Positions 42,463 to 54,344 of a stretch of DNA of 64,000 nucleotides are shown here, piece after piece. The notes below the pieces were generated by a model, which searched no databases, was not told where the DNA came from, and saw only the letters and a list, made by a program, of their open reading frames with translations. Location of the stretch: assembly GCA_963826785.1 (NCBI GenBank), contig CAWGYD010000003.1, forward strand, positions 32,001-96,000, read 5' to 3'. Numbering within the stretch: the first letter of the stretch is position 1; every line of letters starts with the position of its first letter. Origin of the DNA: an uncultured delta proteobacterium (GTDB lineage: Bacteria; Desulfobacterota; Desulfobacteria; Desulfobacterales; Desulfosalsimonadaceae). A program made the position numbers and the translations under genes.

Positions 42463-43518
42463 ATGAACCTCCTCGTCACCGGCGGATGCGGATTTATCGG
42501 CGCCAATTTTATCCGGCATCTTCTTTCCAGCACCGATTTTACCGGCAGGATCCTCAACATGGACTGCTTGACCTATGCGGGCAATCCGGAAAACCTCTCG
42601 GACATGAAAGAGATGGATGGCGATCGTTATGAATTCATACATGCCGACATCTGCGATCCTGAGCAGGTAAAACAGATATTTTCCGATTACCGCATCGACA
42701 CCGTCTGCCATTTTGCCGCCGAATCCCATGTGGACCGCTCCATTGTGGGTCCCGACGCCTTTATCCGCACCAATATCATGGGGACCTTCAACCTCCTGGA
42801 AGCCGCCCGGGAAAATCTCAAATCCCTTTACCGGTTTCATCACATCAGCACGGACGAAGTCTTCGGCAGCCTGGGAGCAGACGGCTACTTCACCGAGACC
42901 ACCCCCTACCAGCCCAGCAGCCCCTATTCCGCTTCCAAGGCGGCCTCGGATCACCTGGTGCGCGCTTATTTCACCACCTACGGGCTGCCGGTCACTATCT
43001 CCAATTGTTCCAACAATTACGGTCCCTATCAGTTTCCGGAAAAGCTGATCCCCCTGATGATACTAAACGCACTGGAGCAAAAGCCGCTGCCGGTATACGG
43101 GGACGGCAGAAACGTGCGGGACTGGCTCTATGTGGCGGACCACTGCATCGCCGTCTGGGAGATCATCAAACGCGGACGGGTGGGCGAGACCTACAACATC
43201 GGCGGCAATTGCGAGCTGGCGAATATCGAACTGGTGTCGATGATCTGCGAGGCCATCGACCGTGCCGCGCCCCGGGCGGCCGGCTGCCCGGCTACAGAGC
43301 TGATCACGTTCGTCAAGGACCGGCCCGGTCATGACCGGCGATATGCCATCGATTCGAAAAAACTGCAGAAAGAGCTGGGATGGTCGCCCGCAACCCCCAT
43401 TAAAACGGGACTTGCCCAAACCATCGACTGGTATCTGCAAAATGGCGAGTGGGTCCGCCGGGTGCAAACCGGGGCCTACCGGCAGTGGATCGAAAGCCAA
43501 TACGGGAATGCCGGTTGA
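42463..43518 (+). CDS. rfbB: dTDP-glucose 4,6-dehydratase
   Basis: '[11 protein letters not shown]','STDEVFG','YSASKA','DRPGHDRRY'. Confidence 0.97.
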   Translation: MNLLVTGGCGFIGANFIRHLLSSTDFTGRILNMDCLTYAGNPENLSDMKEMDGDRYEFIHADICDPEQVKQIFSDYRIDTVCHFAAESHVDRSIVGPDAFIRTNIMGTFNLLEAARENLKSLYRFHHISTDEVFGSLGADGYFTETTPYQPSSPYSASKAASDHLVRAYFTTYGLPVTISNCSNNYGPYQFPEKLIPLMILNALEQKPLPVYGDGRNVRDWLYVADHCIAVWEIIKRGRVGETYNIGGNCELANIELVSMICEAIDRAAPRAAGCPATELITFVKDRPGHDRRYAIDSKKLQKELGWSPATPIKTGLAQTIDWYLQNGEWVRRVQTGAYRQWIESQYGNAG

Positions 43519-43647
43519 ACCGACGAATTTCTTTTTGATTTTTCACTTTATCCTTTATGATCTTCGTGCCCTTCGCGGTCAATTGCGGGGAATTGAAGGT
43601 CCATCCACTTTGAATCGTATGAAGTTGAATGAGAGGTTTTTAATTTC

Positions 43648-44541
43648 ATGAAAGGAATCATTCTTGCGGGCGGTTCCGGCACCCGGCTCTATCCGCTGAC
43701 CAAGGTCACCAGCAAGCAGCTGCTGCCCATCTATGACAAGCCCATGATCTATTATCCCCTTTCCGTGCTGATGCTGGGCGGCGTCCGGGAATTTTTGATC
43801 ATTTCCACGCCCCAGGACCTGCCCAATTTCAAGAACCTTCTGGGCGACGGCGCATGGCTGGGAATTTCCATCCAGTACCGGGAACAGCCGAAGCCGGAAG
43901 GGATCGCCCAGGCATTTCTCATCGGGGCCGAGTTCATCGGCAACGATCCGGTCTGCCTGATTCTGGGGGATAACCTGTTTTACGGTCACAACCTCTCCGG
44001 AATGCTCAAGAAATGCTACCACAGTCATTGCGGCGCCATGGTATTCGGGTACCGGGTGGTGGACCCGAAGCGCTACGGGGTGGTGGAATTCGATGACGCC
44101 GGCAAGGTGATCGGCATCGAGGAAAAGCCGTCAGACCCCAAGTCCCACTATGCGGTGTCCGGACTCTACGTCTATGACAATCACATCGTGGAGATCGCCT
44201 CTGGTCTGAAGCCGTCCGCCCGGGGGGAACTCGAGATCACGGACGTGAATATGGAATACCTCAAGCGCGGGCAGCTCAAGGTGCAGGTTCTGGGCCGGGG
44301 GTTCGCCTGGCTGGACATGGGGACCCAGAAATCCATGCAGCAGGCCGCCAGCTACATCCGTTCCGTGCAGAGCCGGCAGGGTTTCAAGATCGCCTGTGTG
44401 GAGGAGATCGCCTACCGGCTCGGCTACATTACCCGGGATGACCTGAAAACCATCGCCGCGGGAATGATCAACAGCGAATACGGCCAGTACCTGCAGGAGA
44501 TCTCGGAGGTCAAAATATCGGAGCTGGTCAGATGGCTGTAA
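43648..44541 (+). CDS. rfbA: glucose-1-phosphate thymidylyltransferase
   Basis: '[16 protein letters not shown]','[12 protein letters not shown]','RGELEITD'. Confidence 0.97.
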   Translation: MKGIILAGGSGTRLYPLTKVTSKQLLPIYDKPMIYYPLSVLMLGGVREFLIISTPQDLPNFKNLLGDGAWLGISIQYREQPKPEGIAQAFLIGAEFIGNDPVCLILGDNLFYGHNLSGMLKKCYHSHCGAMVFGYRVVDPKRYGVVEFDDAGKVIGIEEKPSDPKSHYAVSGLYVYDNHIVEIASGLKPSARGELEITDVNMEYLKRGQLKVQVLGRGFAWLDMGTQKSMQQAASYIRSVQSRQGFKIACVEEIAYRLGYITRDDLKTIAAGMINSEYGQYLQEISEVKISELVRWL

Positions 44542-45095
44542 CCGTCACCCCGCTGTCCATCCCTGATGTCCTGCTCATCGAGCCGGATGTTTTTGTCGAC
44601 GACCGGGGATATTTTCTGGAAACATACCACGCCGAGCGCTACGCCCAGGCGGGAGCAGACCGCGTCTTTGTCCAGGACAACCATTCCCGTTCGAGGCAGG
44701 GGGTGGTCAGGGGGCTTCATTATCAGTTAAAAAATGCCCAGTCCAAACTCATCTATGCGGTGCACGGGGAAATTTTTGACGTGGCCGTGGATATCCGGCG
44801 CGGATCCCCGCATTTCGGTAAATGGACCGGCACAATTTTGTCGGATCAGAACAAACGGCAGCTGTTCATTCCCGAAGGGTTCGCCCACGGGTTTTCCGTC
44901 CTGAGTGAGCGTGCGGACGTAATCTACAAATGCAGCGCGCTTTACGCCCCGGACGATGAGTACGGCATCCACTGGGCGGACCCGGCCATCGGCATCCGCT
45001 GGGGGATTGATCAACCCGTTGTTTCGGAAAAAGATGATCGAAATCCCATGCTGGATCGTGCGGCCCCGGAGCATCTGCCAATCTTCAAGGCATGA
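44532..45095 (+). CDS. rfbC: dTDP-4-dehydrorhamnose 3,5-epimerase
   Basis: 'DDRGYFLE','QDNHSRS','RGLHYQ','GFAHGF'. Confidence 0.97.
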   Translation: MAVTVTPLSIPDVLLIEPDVFVDDRGYFLETYHAERYAQAGADRVFVQDNHSRSRQGVVRGLHYQLKNAQSKLIYAVHGEIFDVAVDIRRGSPHFGKWTGTILSDQNKRQLFIPEGFAHGFSVLSERADVIYKCSALYAPDDEYGIHWADPAIGIRWGIDQPVVSEKDDRNPMLDRAAPEHLPIFKA

Positions 45096-45194
45096 CGGGA
45101 ACATCCCCCCTGACTGCCATCCGATATTCCAAATTCTTTCTTCAACAGTGTCAAATCCGGCCCCTGATTTGTACCCCGGCCAGAATTTTGGCAT

Positions 45195-45227
45195 AAAAAA
45201 AAGAGCTATGGTCAGCCATAACTCTCT
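45195..45227 (-). terminator. intrinsic terminator of tRNA-Pro
   Basis: Stem agagctatgg/ccataactct, followed on the minus strand by a T8 run. Confidence 0.7.
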
Positions 45228-45237
45228 TATATTTAAC

Positions 45238-45314
45238 TGGTCGGGGCGAGAGGATTTGAACCTCCGGCTTCCTGCTCCCAAAGCAGGCGCGCTACCAGAC
45301 TGCGCCACGCCCCG
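45238..45314 (-). tRNA. tRNA-Pro (TGG)
   Basis: CGGGGCGTGGCGCAGTCTGGTAGC...CCTGC-TTTGGGA-GCAGG...GGTTCAAATCC...CCA. Confidence 0.97.
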
Positions 45315-45377
45315 CAACCGGTTGGGTTATCTATCACTCTTTTTTTTAACTTGCAAGTTGATAAATCTTTAATCCTT

Positions 45378-46103
45378 TCATTTTTCTGACTGCGACTGCG
45401 GATTTTCCGCCTGAAAAAAAGCGTCCACCGCTTCACGGACATGGTCGGCCATATCATTTAAATAGGCCTCGTCGTTTAACCGGATTTCCGCCTGGGGATT
45501 CGTCAGATACCCGGCCTCGATGACCGCAGCCGGCATATCGAGCCCTTCGAGCAGTCGAATCGGCGCCTTTGATATTTCAATGCCGGGAATGCGGCTGTCC
45601 TCCTTAAATTCCGACCGGAGCGCCTGGGCAAACCCCAGGCTCTTTTTCTGATGCCTTTGTTGCATTGCATCCCAGTATAGACAGCATCCTTCATCCCGCG
45701 GTCCCGGCGGATAAGGCCGCCGGATTGAATTGTCGTCCTGCCGGCCATACACATAAAGGCCCCACCCATTCACATGATAACGGGGGGCGCCGCCGATATG
45801 AATGCTAATGAACAGATCCCCTTTCTGCTGATTGGCAATGGAGACCCGTCGCGTTAATTCCAGCTGGTAATCCCCGGTTCGGGTCATCACCAGCCGGTAT
45901 GCGGACTCCAAACGGGATGCAACCAAACGGGCAAATTTCAGGGAAATTTCTTTTTCAATGCCTCCGCCCGCCCCCAAAACGCCCCGGTCATGGCCGCCGT
46001 GTCCCGGATCGATAATTACAGTCCTGAGGGGATCATCCGCATTCACGGGATGCACCGGCAGGGACGCCCAAATAATGAACAGCCACAGGGCGGCCAGACG
46101 CAT
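45378..46103 (-). CDS. N-acetylmuramoyl-L-alanine amidase (Amidase_3)
   Basis: Signal peptide; 'IIDPGHGGHD','EKEI','FISIH','IEAGYLTN'. Confidence 0.88.
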   Translation of the reverse strand: MRLAALWLFIIWASLPVHPVNADDPLRTVIIDPGHGGHDRGVLGAGGGIEKEISLKFARLVASRLESAYRLVMTRTGDYQLELTRRVSIANQQKGDLFISIHIGGAPRYHVNGWGLYVYGRQDDNSIRRPYPPGPRDEGCCLYWDAMQQRHQKKSLGFAQALRSEFKEDSRIPGIEISKAPIRLLEGLDMPAAVIEAGYLTNPQAEIRLNDEAYLNDMADHVREAVDAFFQAENPQSQSEK

Positions 46104-46180
46104 GGGGAAAATCCGCACCCGGCTCAGACAAACATATATCCGGTCAAATTTTTGCGCCACTTGCGATTCCTTGATTTTCC

Positions 46181-46209
46181 TTGACACCCTTCTAAATAGA
46201 TATTATTTT
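46181..46209 (+). promoter_or_regulatory. putative sigma70 promoter for tRNA-Leu/tig-clp
   Basis: TTGACA, 17 nt spacer, TATTTT. Confidence 0.55.
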
Positions 46210-46335
46210 AACAAAAAATGCGGATCAAGAAAAAATTCCTGTGATTTAAAGATGTTGAACAAACCTTTGCGACTTGATACCCGCCTTCGGCCATCATTTT
46301 TTGTACCTGACCCGGTTTAAAAAATAAAGCGAAAA

Positions 46336-46420
46336 GCGAGAGTGGCGGAACTGGTAGACGCACTGGACTTAGGATCCAGCTCTGCAAAGAGTGGGAGTTC
46401 GAGTCTCCCCTCTCGCACCA
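46336..46420 (+). tRNA. tRNA-Leu (TAG)
   Basis: GCGAGAGTGGCGGAACTGGTAGACGC, anticodon arm CTGGA-CTTAGGA-TCCAG, long variable arm, CCA end. Confidence 0.97.
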
Positions 46421-46485
46421 GCTCCAGATTTGCCGACCCAAAATGTGTTTTTGGGCATAACCATATTTCAGGAAGGAATCCCGAC

Positions 46486-47817
46486 ATGCAAGTCACCGTA
46501 GAAGATATCAGTTCCGTCAAAAAGAAAATCCATGTGGAAATACCCCAGGAGGATGTGGCGCGGGAATTGGACGCAGCCTATTCCAAGCTGAAGAAGAATG
46601 CCAAAATCAAGGGATACCGCCCGGGAAAAACACCCCGGTCCGTGCTGGAACGGGTATTTAAAAAAGATGTGCATTCGGAAGTGGCCGGCACCCTCATTCA
46701 GAACACCTTCATTGACGCATTGAAAGAGCAGGATTTAAACATACTGGGCTCCCCGGAGATCGATCCGGCCGAACTCACTCCGGATGCGCCGTTTTCATAT
46801 AATGCCACGGTTGAACTCAAACCGGAGCTCGCGACCATCGATTTTGAGGGGGTCAAGCTGCAGAAGAAAAAATATGGTGCCTCCAGCGAGGAAGTCGAGA
46901 ATCAGCTCAAGATGATCCGGCATCAGCTGGCGGAATACAAGGTGGTGGAAGAAAGCCGGCCCGCCGCCCAGGATGACTTCGTCGTGATCGATTATGAAGG
47001 ATTCAAGGATGGTCAGCCCTTCGAGCCGACCCAGAAAACCGAAAACCACACGGTAAAAATCGGCCAGGGGTCCATGACCGAAGATTTCGATCAGCAGCTG
47101 GTCGGAATGAAGCCGGGGGAAACCAGGGAATTCAATATCCGCTTTGCTGACGATTATCACAATTCGGAACTGGCCGGCCAGGAAATCACATTCTCCGTCA
47201 CCCTGAAAGAAATCCGGGAACAGATTCTGCCCGCACTCGATGATGAGTTTGCCAAGAAACTCGGTGACTACCAGTCCATTGACCAGGTCCGGGAACAGGT
47301 GATGAAAAATCTGCAGGAAGGATACGAAAAGCGGACCAGCCAGGAACTGCAGGAGCAGATTTTCAATAAGCTGATGACCCAGGATGTCGAATTACCGGAA
47401 CAACTGGTGCAATTTGAACTCGACGGCATTATCGCAGACGCGCAGATGCGCTTTTCCCAGAACAATATCTCCATGGAGGAACTGGGGCTGACCAGGGAAG
47501 CCATGTCCGAACAATACCGGGATCTGGCGGAAAAACAGGTGCGCCGCCATCTCTTCCTGGGAAAAATCATTGAACAGGAAAAGATGACGGTCACGGATGA
47601 GGAACTGGAGGCGGAATATTCTACCTTCGCCCGATCTTTGGGACAACCGATAGATATAATAAAACAATTTTACAATGCCCATCCGGACAAGCTCGACGGC
47701 TTCAAACATGCCCTACTTGAAAAGAAAGCGATTGACCTTATTATTGAAAAAGCAGACGTTGAGGAAGTCGAGCCGGGTACCGAGCCTGCCGGTTCATCTC
47801 CGGAACCCACTGAATAA
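46486..47817 (+). CDS. tig: trigger factor
   Basis: 'MQVTVE','GYRPGK', FKBP domain; upstream of clpP. Confidence 0.96.
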   Translation: MQVTVEDISSVKKKIHVEIPQEDVARELDAAYSKLKKNAKIKGYRPGKTPRSVLERVFKKDVHSEVAGTLIQNTFIDALKEQDLNILGSPEIDPAELTPDAPFSYNATVELKPELATIDFEGVKLQKKKYGASSEEVENQLKMIRHQLAEYKVVEESRPAAQDDFVVIDYEGFKDGQPFEPTQKTENHTVKIGQGSMTEDFDQQLVGMKPGETREFNIRFADDYHNSELAGQEITFSVTLKEIREQILPALDDEFAKKLGDYQSIDQVREQVMKNLQEGYEKRTSQELQEQIFNKLMTQDVELPEQLVQFELDGIIADAQMRFSQNNISMEELGLTREAMSEQYRDLAEKQVRRHLFLGKIIEQEKMTVTDEELEAEYSTFARSLGQPIDIIKQFYNAHPDKLDGFKHALLEKKAIDLIIEKADVEEVEPGTEPAGSSPEPTE

Positions 47818-47843
47818 TTGCACCAGCCACAAGGAGGCCGACA

Positions 47844-48458
47844 TTGCCGTTAATTCCAATGGTAATCGAACAGACCAGCAAGGGAGAGCGGGCTTACGAT
47901 ATTTATTCGAGACTGCTGAAAGACCGAATCGTTTTCCTGGGCACTGCGATCAATGATGAAATAGCCAATTTGCTGATCGCACAGATGCTTTTTCTGGAAT
48001 CAGACGATCCGGACAAGGATATTAATTTTTATATCAATTCGCCGGGCGGTTCGGTGACTGCAGGCATGGCGGTATACGATACCATGCAGTATATCAAATC
48101 CGACATAACGACGGTGTGCATCGGACAGGCCGCAAGCATGAGCGCCCTTCTGCTGGCAGCCGGGGCACCGAAGAAACGGTACTCTCTTCCCAACTCCCGT
48201 ATCATGATCCACCAGCCCATGGGCGGCGTTCAGGGTCAGGCATCGGATATAAAGATCCAGGCCGAAGAAATCATCCGGTTGAGGGGGAAATTGAATGATA
48301 TACTGGCGTTTCACACCAAGAAAGATTTGAAGCAAATCGAGAAGGACACCGACCGGGATTTTTTCATGGCCGGTGAAGAAGCCCGGGAATACGGGATTAT
48401 TGATCACGTGATCAATAACCGTGGCGACCTGGACAAAATATTGGATACGGAGGCCTAA
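47844..48458 (+). CDS. clpP: ATP-dependent Clp protease proteolytic subunit
   Basis: TTG start with AGGAGG RBS; 'YDIYSRLL','GQAASM','IMIHQP'. Confidence 0.97.
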   Translation: MPLIPMVIEQTSKGERAYDIYSRLLKDRIVFLGTAINDEIANLLIAQMLFLESDDPDKDINFYINSPGGSVTAGMAVYDTMQYIKSDITTVCIGQAASMSALLLAAGAPKKRYSLPNSRIMIHQPMGGVQGQASDIKIQAEEIIRLRGKLNDILAFHTKKDLKQIEKDTDRDFFMAGEEAREYGIIDHVINNRGDLDKILDTEA

Positions 48459-48460
48459 TA

Positions 48461-49708
48461 ATGTCGATCAGAGGCGATGAAGGGAGTGACAACCTCTTCT
48501 GTTCCTTCTGCGGAAAAAACCAGCAAGAGGTTAAAAAGCTCATTGCAGGCCCCGCTGTATATATTTGCGATGAATGTATCCAGCTGTGCAGTGAAATCAT
48601 AGAAGAAGAGACCATCAAGGATACGGATCATGCCAACCGGCTGATGCCGCCCGCAGAAATCAAGTGCAAGCTGGATGAGTATGTCATCCAGCAGGATCGC
48701 GCCAAAAAAGTGCTTTCCGTCGCGGTTCACAACCATTACAAGCGGCTGGATTCAGCCGTCATCACAGACGATGTGGAAATTCAGAAAAGCAACATCCTGC
48801 TCATCGGGCCCACAGGGAGCGGAAAAACCCTGCTGGCCCAGACCCTGGCCCGGTTTTTAAATGTCCCGTTCACGATTGCAGACGCCACCAGCCTTACCGA
48901 GGCGGGCTACGTGGGTGAGGATGTGGAGAATATCGTCCTTTCCCTGCTGCAGAACGCGGATTATGATGTCGAAAAAGCCCAGCGGGGAATTGTGTATATT
49001 GATGAAATTGACAAGATCGCCCAGATGTCGGACAACCCTTCCATAACCCGGGATGTATCCGGTGAAGGGGTCCAGCAGGCGCTGCTCAAGATCATCGAGG
49101 GGACCATGGCCAGCGTGCCGCCCAAGGGCGGGCGCAAACACCCCCAGCAGGATTTCGTCAAGGTGGATACGGCCAATATCCTGTTCATCTGCGGCGGAAC
49201 CTTCACCAATCTGGAACAGATCATTCGTCGGCGCATCGGCTCCAAAACAATGGGGTTTGGTGCCAAGGTGCTGAGCCAGACCGAGGCGACCACCGGTGAC
49301 ATTCTGAAAATGGTGGAACCCGAAGATTTGATCAAGTTCGGCCTGATTCCCGAATTTGTGGGTCGGTTGCCCGTCATGGCCACCCTGGAGAATCTGGATG
49401 AAAATGCGCTGATTCGCATCCTGACCGAACCCAGAAACGCCATCATCAAACAGTTTCAGAAGCTGTTTGAAATAGAAGGGGTAAATTTGCGGTTTACGGA
49501 CAGCGCCCTTTCGGCCATTGCAAACAAGAGCATCCAGCGGAAATCCGGTGCCCGGGGCTTGAGGGCCATACTGGAAAAAACCATGCTCGACATCATGTAC
49601 GACCTCCCGTCCATCGGCGGAGTCAAAGAATGTGTGGTGGGAGAGGAAGTGATCCTCAACAGCGAGGAACCGATCCTGCTCTACGAAAAATCAAAAAAAC
49701 AAGCGTAA
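48461..49708 (+). CDS. clpX: Clp protease ATP-binding subunit
   Basis: C4 zinc finger 'CSFC..CDEC', 'GPTGSGKT', '[10 protein letters not shown]'. Confidence 0.98.
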   Translation: MSIRGDEGSDNLFCSFCGKNQQEVKKLIAGPAVYICDECIQLCSEIIEEETIKDTDHANRLMPPAEIKCKLDEYVIQQDRAKKVLSVAVHNHYKRLDSAVITDDVEIQKSNILLIGPTGSGKTLLAQTLARFLNVPFTIADATSLTEAGYVGEDVENIVLSLLQNADYDVEKAQRGIVYIDEIDKIAQMSDNPSITRDVSGEGVQQALLKIIEGTMASVPPKGGRKHPQQDFVKVDTANILFICGGTFTNLEQIIRRRIGSKTMGFGAKVLSQTEATTGDILKMVEPEDLIKFGLIPEFVGRLPVMATLENLDENALIRILTEPRNAIIKQFQKLFEIEGVNLRFTDSALSAIANKSIQRKSGARGLRAILEKTMLDIMYDLPSIGGVKECVVGEEVILNSEEPILLYEKSKKQA

Positions 49709-49716
49709 AATGCTAT

Positions 49717-49748
49717 GTTGTGCGGCGCTTTGATGAGCGCCGCACAAC
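49717..49748. terminator. 13-bp perfect hairpin after clpX
   Basis: gttgtgcggcgct-ttgatg-agcgccgcacaac; no clear U-tract. Confidence 0.5.
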
Positions 49749-49928
49749 GATCACTATCGTTTTATGCCAGTCTTGATCAGCGAATGGATTGCGGATTTTT
49801 TCCGGTAATCAGATTTGCCCGACCTGTTTATTTTCTTTCCTGGTAAATATCGCTGCCGGCGATCGTCCGCTTCCGAGTCAATCATTTTGAAAACCATCTC
49901 AAACTTCAAACAAAAGATATATAGAACC

Positions 49929-52370
49929 ATGATTAATATACCTAAAATGTTCAAGTCAGATGATGCGCCCGGCTCCGGTTCTTCCGGACTGACGCTGCCG
50001 CTTCTACCCCTGCGGGACATTGTCGTGTTCCCCCATATGATCTCCCCTCTGTTCGTAGGCCGTTCAAAATCGATCAACGCGATTTCCGAGGCCATGAATT
50101 CAGAGGAAAAATATATCATGCTGGCTACCCAGTCCGAGCCTGGAAAGGAAAATCCGCAGGCTGAAGATATTCAGAAGATCGGGACCATTGCAAAAATCCT
50201 GCAGATGCTGCGTCTTCCGGACGGAACGGTCAAAACCGTGGCCCAAGGCAAGTACCGGGCACGAATCCTCGATTTTAAAACCAATGAAAGTTTTTTTCAG
50301 GTGGGCGTGGAACTGCTCGAAGAGCCGTCCATTGACGAATCCGAAAAGCAGGCGTTTTTCAATAACATCATTGAAAATTTCAAGGATTACGCCTCACTGA
50401 ACAAGAATGTCACCAAGGAAACGGTTAATAACATAACCGCCATTACCGATCCCATGACCATGATCTACACGGTGGCGGGCCAGTTCTCCTTTAAAACGCC
50501 GGACAACCAGAAGCTGCTGGATACCATTTCCACCAAGGAACGCCTGGCGCTTTTGATTGAACTGATCCGGCAGGAGATTGTCGTTCTCAAGACCGACAAG
50601 AACATCAAGGAACGCATCCGGCAGCAGATGGAGAAAAGCCAGAAGAATTACTATCTGAACGAGCAGATGCGGGCCATCAAGCAGGAAATGGGAGGCGACG
50701 AGAGCGAGGCCGACGAACTCAAGGAACTGGAAGAAAAGATCAATGCCAAGAAGATGTCCAAGGAGGCGGATGCAAAGGTTCGGCATGAGTTCAAGAAGCT
50801 GCAGATGATGACCCCCATGTCCGCGGAAGCCACCGTGGTCAGAAACTATATCGACTGGCTGATCAGCCTCCCCTGGGAGGACATGAGCGAGGCGCATACC
50901 GACATCGATAAAGCCCAGCAGATTCTCAACGAAGACCATTTCGGGCTGGAAAAGCCCAAGGAACGGATACTGGAGTATCTGGCGGTCCAGGCTCTGGTCA
51001 AGAAGATCCGCGGCCCGATTCTCTGCCTGGTCGGCCCTCCGGGGGTGGGCAAGACATCTCTGGCCAAATCCGTTGCCCGGGCCACGGGGCGTGAATTCAT
51101 CCGGCTCTCCCTGGGCGGGGTGCGGGATGAAGCCGAGATTCGGGGCCACCGCCGCACCTATATCGGCGCCATGCCCGGAAAGATTATCCAGTCCCTGCGC
51201 AAGGCCAGCGTCAACAACCCGGTATTCTGCCTGGACGAGGTGGACAAGATGAGCATGGATTTCCGTGGGGATCCATCGTCTGCGCTGCTGGAGGTTCTGG
51301 ATCCGGAGCAGAATTACGCCTTCAACGACCATTACCTGGATGTGGATTATGATTTGAGCGATATCATGTTCATTACCACCGCCAATACGCTCCATGACAT
51401 CCCCCTGCCCCTTCAGGACCGGATGGAGATCATCCGCCTGTCCGGGTATACCGAAGTGGAGAAATACCATATTGCCAGGGATTTCCTGGTGCCCAAGCAG
51501 ATCACCCGCAACGGTCTGGACGTGGAAAAGGTGAGTTTTTCGGAAAATGCCGTCTACACCGTCATCCGGGATTATACCCGTGAAGCCGGCGTGCGGAACC
51601 TGGAGCGGGAAATCGGCTCCGTCTGCCGCAAAGTGGCCAAGGATCTGGTCAGGGAAAAAACCGACAAGCTGATCAATATTACCGCGCCGTCGGTGCAGAA
51701 GTACCTGGGCCCCGCCCAGTTCAGGCATTCTCAGGTGGAGGAAGAAGACATGGTGGGCATCGTCACCGGCCTGGCCTGGACCCAGTTTGGCGGCGAACTG
51801 CTTTCCATCGAATCCGTCATCATGCCGGGAAAGGGCGATTTCCGGGTTACCGGTAAAATCGGCGATGTCATGAAGGAATCTGCGGGTGCGGCCATCAGTT
51901 ATGTCCGGTCTCGCTCCGCGCAGTTCAACATAGAACAGGATTTCTACCAGAAATATGACATCCATGTTCATGTTCCGGAAGGCGCGATCCCCAAGGATGG
52001 CCCGTCGGCGGGAATCGCCCTGTGCACTTCCATTATCTCGGCGCTGACCAAACTCCCCGTTCACCGGACCATCGCCATGACCGGGGAGATCACATTGCGC
52101 GGCCGGGTCCTGCCCATCGGCGGACTCAAGGAAAAGATACTGGCGGCCCATCGTGCCGGCATTACGCAGGTCCTGATACCCAAGGAAAATGAAAAGGACC
52201 TCAACGATATACCGCCCAGCGTGCTCAAGCAGGTGCAGATCACGCCGGTGGAGCACATGGATGAAGTGGTGGACAAAGCCATTATCGAGATGGAAGGCAA
52301 GCCGCTGTATAACCATGATTACAAGGCATCCGGAAACTCGACCGGGGTATCCGATCTTGCGCTCCAGTAA
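49929..52370 (+). CDS. lon: Lon protease
   Basis: '[10 protein letters not shown]','GPPGVGKTS','PKDGPSAG','IGGLKEK'. Confidence 0.98.
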   Translation: MINIPKMFKSDDAPGSGSSGLTLPLLPLRDIVVFPHMISPLFVGRSKSINAISEAMNSEEKYIMLATQSEPGKENPQAEDIQKIGTIAKILQMLRLPDGTVKTVAQGKYRARILDFKTNESFFQVGVELLEEPSIDESEKQAFFNNIIENFKDYASLNKNVTKETVNNITAITDPMTMIYTVAGQFSFKTPDNQKLLDTISTKERLALLIELIRQEIVVLKTDKNIKERIRQQMEKSQKNYYLNEQMRAIKQEMGGDESEADELKELEEKINAKKMSKEADAKVRHEFKKLQMMTPMSAEATVVRNYIDWLISLPWEDMSEAHTDIDKAQQILNEDHFGLEKPKERILEYLAVQALVKKIRGPILCLVGPPGVGKTSLAKSVARATGREFIRLSLGGVRDEAEIRGHRRTYIGAMPGKIIQSLRKASVNNPVFCLDEVDKMSMDFRGDPSSALLEVLDPEQNYAFNDHYLDVDYDLSDIMFITTANTLHDIPLPLQDRMEIIRLSGYTEVEKYHIARDFLVPKQITRNGLDVEKVSFSENAVYTVIRDYTREAGVRNLEREIGSVCRKVAKDLVREKTDKLINITAPSVQKYLGPAQFRHSQVEEEDMVGIVTGLAWTQFGGELLSIESVIMPGKGDFRVTGKIGDVMKESAGAAISYVRSRSAQFNIEQDFYQKYDIHVHVPEGAIPKDGPSAGIALCTSIISALTKLPVHRTIAMTGEITLRGRVLPIGGLKEKILAAHRAGITQVLIPKENEKDLNDIPPSVLKQVQITPVEHMDEVVDKAIIEMEGKPLYNHDYKASGNSTGVSDLALQ

Positions 52371-52455
52371 CTTGGAAATTAAACTGTTGTGATACATGTT
52401 TTTGTCTTGACAGGGCATGTGCAACCTGTTAGTTAGCATGACTTAACGACATCTC

Positions 52456-52531
52456 GGGCGGGTAGCTCAGTTGGGAGAGCGGCGGCCTTACAAGCCGTAG
52501 GTCACAGGTTCGAGCCCTGTTCCGCCTACCA
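52456..52531 (+). tRNA. tRNA-Val (TAC)
   Basis: GGGCGGGTAGCTCAGTTGGGAGAGC..CTTACAA..GGTTCGAGCC..CCA; TTGACA about 50 nt upstream. Confidence 0.97.
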
Positions 52532-52559
52532 CGATGATGATAAAAAAACACACCCATGC

Positions 52560-52636
<77 letters not shown>

Positions 52637-52647
52637 CTAATAAATTG

Positions 52648-52679
52648 AGGGGTTCAGAGAAAATCTGAACCCCTTTTTT
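52648..52679 (+). terminator. intrinsic terminator after the tRNA pair
   Basis: aggggttcaga-gaaaa-tctgaacccct followed by a T-run. Confidence 0.85.
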
Positions 52680-52975
52680 ATTTCCTTTTGTTCCCGTTTT
52701 CCAACCCGCAAAACCTATGATCTATCGGCATCGGTTGATTCATCCGCCAATATGGTTATTTTAATGATAATCTTGGCGCATGCCCGCTTTGAGTTTCAGG
52801 CGTCAACGGCCAGCGGTCAGTTGCAACAACGGAAAAGACCAGATCAGTGTATACAAAAAGTGTTGCTCTGGCAGGGACCGGATATAAAACCCGGGTGTCC
52901 GCTTTTGCTGTGGAGTTACCGGAATTTTATTCCGGGGGGAAGAAAATGGATCATATATGAGCGTTGGGAGGAAAC

Positions 52976-53314
52976 ATGGCAATCGATATGCTGCTGCAGA
53001 AGGCGGAAAAATTTGAGATCGAAATGTACAAGAAGCCCAAGGATGCCCAAAGCCTTGCCCGAACTCATGTGGCCTTCACCGGCTCTCCCCAGAAACACCC
53101 CTATGACGGCAAGAAGGTGATCCTGATGATTGACCCCTACAGCACTTCGCTTTCTTATTACGAATTTAAGAAATCGGACATTTCCTATGTCGAGGAACTC
53201 TACAGCCTCGTTAATCCGGATGGCGAATGCTATACCATGGCGCGCGTCTGGGTCAAAAAAATGAGCGTGGGGGTTCGGGCCACACCGTTTATAGTTGCCG
53301 ATATCCGAAGTTGA
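52976..53314 (+). CDS. conserved hypothetical protein
   Basis: GGAGG RBS, 112 aa, 'FTGSPQKHPYD..ILMIDP..YYEF' reads like a conserved family; no catalytic motif recognised. Confidence 0.7.
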   Translation: MAIDMLLQKAEKFEIEMYKKPKDAQSLARTHVAFTGSPQKHPYDGKKVILMIDPYSTSLSYYEFKKSDISYVEELYSLVNPDGECYTMARVWVKKMSVGVRATPFIVADIRS

Positions 53315-53387
53315 TTCAGTTGGAAACGCCCTACGATTTCATTCCCCAGGATCGAATCGAACAAAAATTCCTGTTGTCCGATCGGCT

Positions 53388-54335
53388 TCAGGTGTCTTCT
53401 TTTTTCCTCGCCAGGACCAGATAAAGGGAATAAATCTTGTGGTCAAACGGGGTGATCCGATCGAGGAAAATGGCTGTCAGATTGAGCAGGGGCGACAACC
53501 CCAGAAACAGGATGAATATGGCCAGTTGAAACAGCTTGGTGCCGGCATTTTGATTGTATCGGCTGTTTCGGACGAGGGTGGTATAGGCCAGATAGAGGAT
53601 GGACAGCCAGGATTTGGACGGAAAATACTCCTCGACCACCTCCAGATGATTTTCCTCGAGCATCTGCGCATACCCGAACCGGGTGATATTAAAATAATTA
53701 AAGGGAATCCGATGGGAGGGGTAGACATCTCCCGGTCCCCCCAGGATCAGATGCCCGCCGGGTTTGAGTATTCGGGAAAGTTCGGCCATATGCCGCCGGG
53801 GATCATTGACATGCTCGATGACAAAATAGCTGATGATGCGGCCAAAAGCCTTTGACCGGATGGGGATCTTTTCCATACTGGCATTGATATCCGGAAAAAA
53901 TCCGGGTGCGGGCAGGACGTTCTTGCTGGCAAAATCCTCCATGGTGATACAGTTTTCGGGCCCGACATACGCCAGCAGCCTCTTTTCTTCCGGTTCAAGA
54001 AACAGTGTCGCGCCATTTCCGGTTCTATCGATCCAGTTCATGATCTTTTTCCGGGCATTGGCAAATCCGATCCCGCCTCCGGCAAAGACGGAGGTCAAGA
54101 TCCTTGAATCCAGATACTGACTGAAAAACCGGCTCAGCCGGGATAAAAATCCGATATTCTCATAGAGGCGGACCGGTCCGGAAAAGTCGATCCCCTCAAA
54201 ATCGATCATCTGGTGAACCACCGGGTACTTCCTGCCGGAGATACGATCCGTAAGGGTGGAACCGGAGATCTCAAAGTCGGCGGGCACATCGGAATCGGGA
54301 TGTTTTAAAAAAGGTATCCGTTGTTCAGGTTGCAT
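53388..54335 (-). CDS. class I SAM-dependent methyltransferase-like protein with Trm112-like N-terminus
   Basis: 'GRKYPV..MIDF', 'FVIEHVNDP','RILKPGG'; glycine-rich motif I not evident. Confidence 0.7.
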   Translation of the reverse strand: MQPEQRIPFLKHPDSDVPADFEISGSTLTDRISGRKYPVVHQMIDFEGIDFSGPVRLYENIGFLSRLSRFFSQYLDSRILTSVFAGGGIGFANARKKIMNWIDRTGNGATLFLEPEEKRLLAYVGPENCITMEDFASKNVLPAPGFFPDINASMEKIPIRSKAFGRIISYFVIEHVNDPRRHMAELSRILKPGGHLILGGPGDVYPSHRIPFNYFNITRFGYAQMLEENHLEVVEEYFPSKSWLSILYLAYTTLVRNSRYNQNAGTKLFQLAIFILFLGLSPLLNLTAIFLDRITPFDHKIYSLYLVLARKKEDT

Positions 54336-54344
54336 GTTTTTCCT

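Noticed and set aside
46342..46485. N-terminal extension of trigger factor in the ORF track
   Set aside because: It runs through tRNA-Leu; the real start is ATG 46486. ORFs 44727..45317 and 46208..46441 are likewise tRNA shadows.
50394..52439. 681-aa antisense ORF opposite lon (likewise 464 aa opposite the HD gene)
   Set aside because: Shadow frame of a conserved gene with no domain features.
52976..53314. Inorganic pyrophosphatase call for this small ORF
   Set aside because: Similar proteins sometimes carry that label, but no family I DxDxxD or DHH motif is visible.
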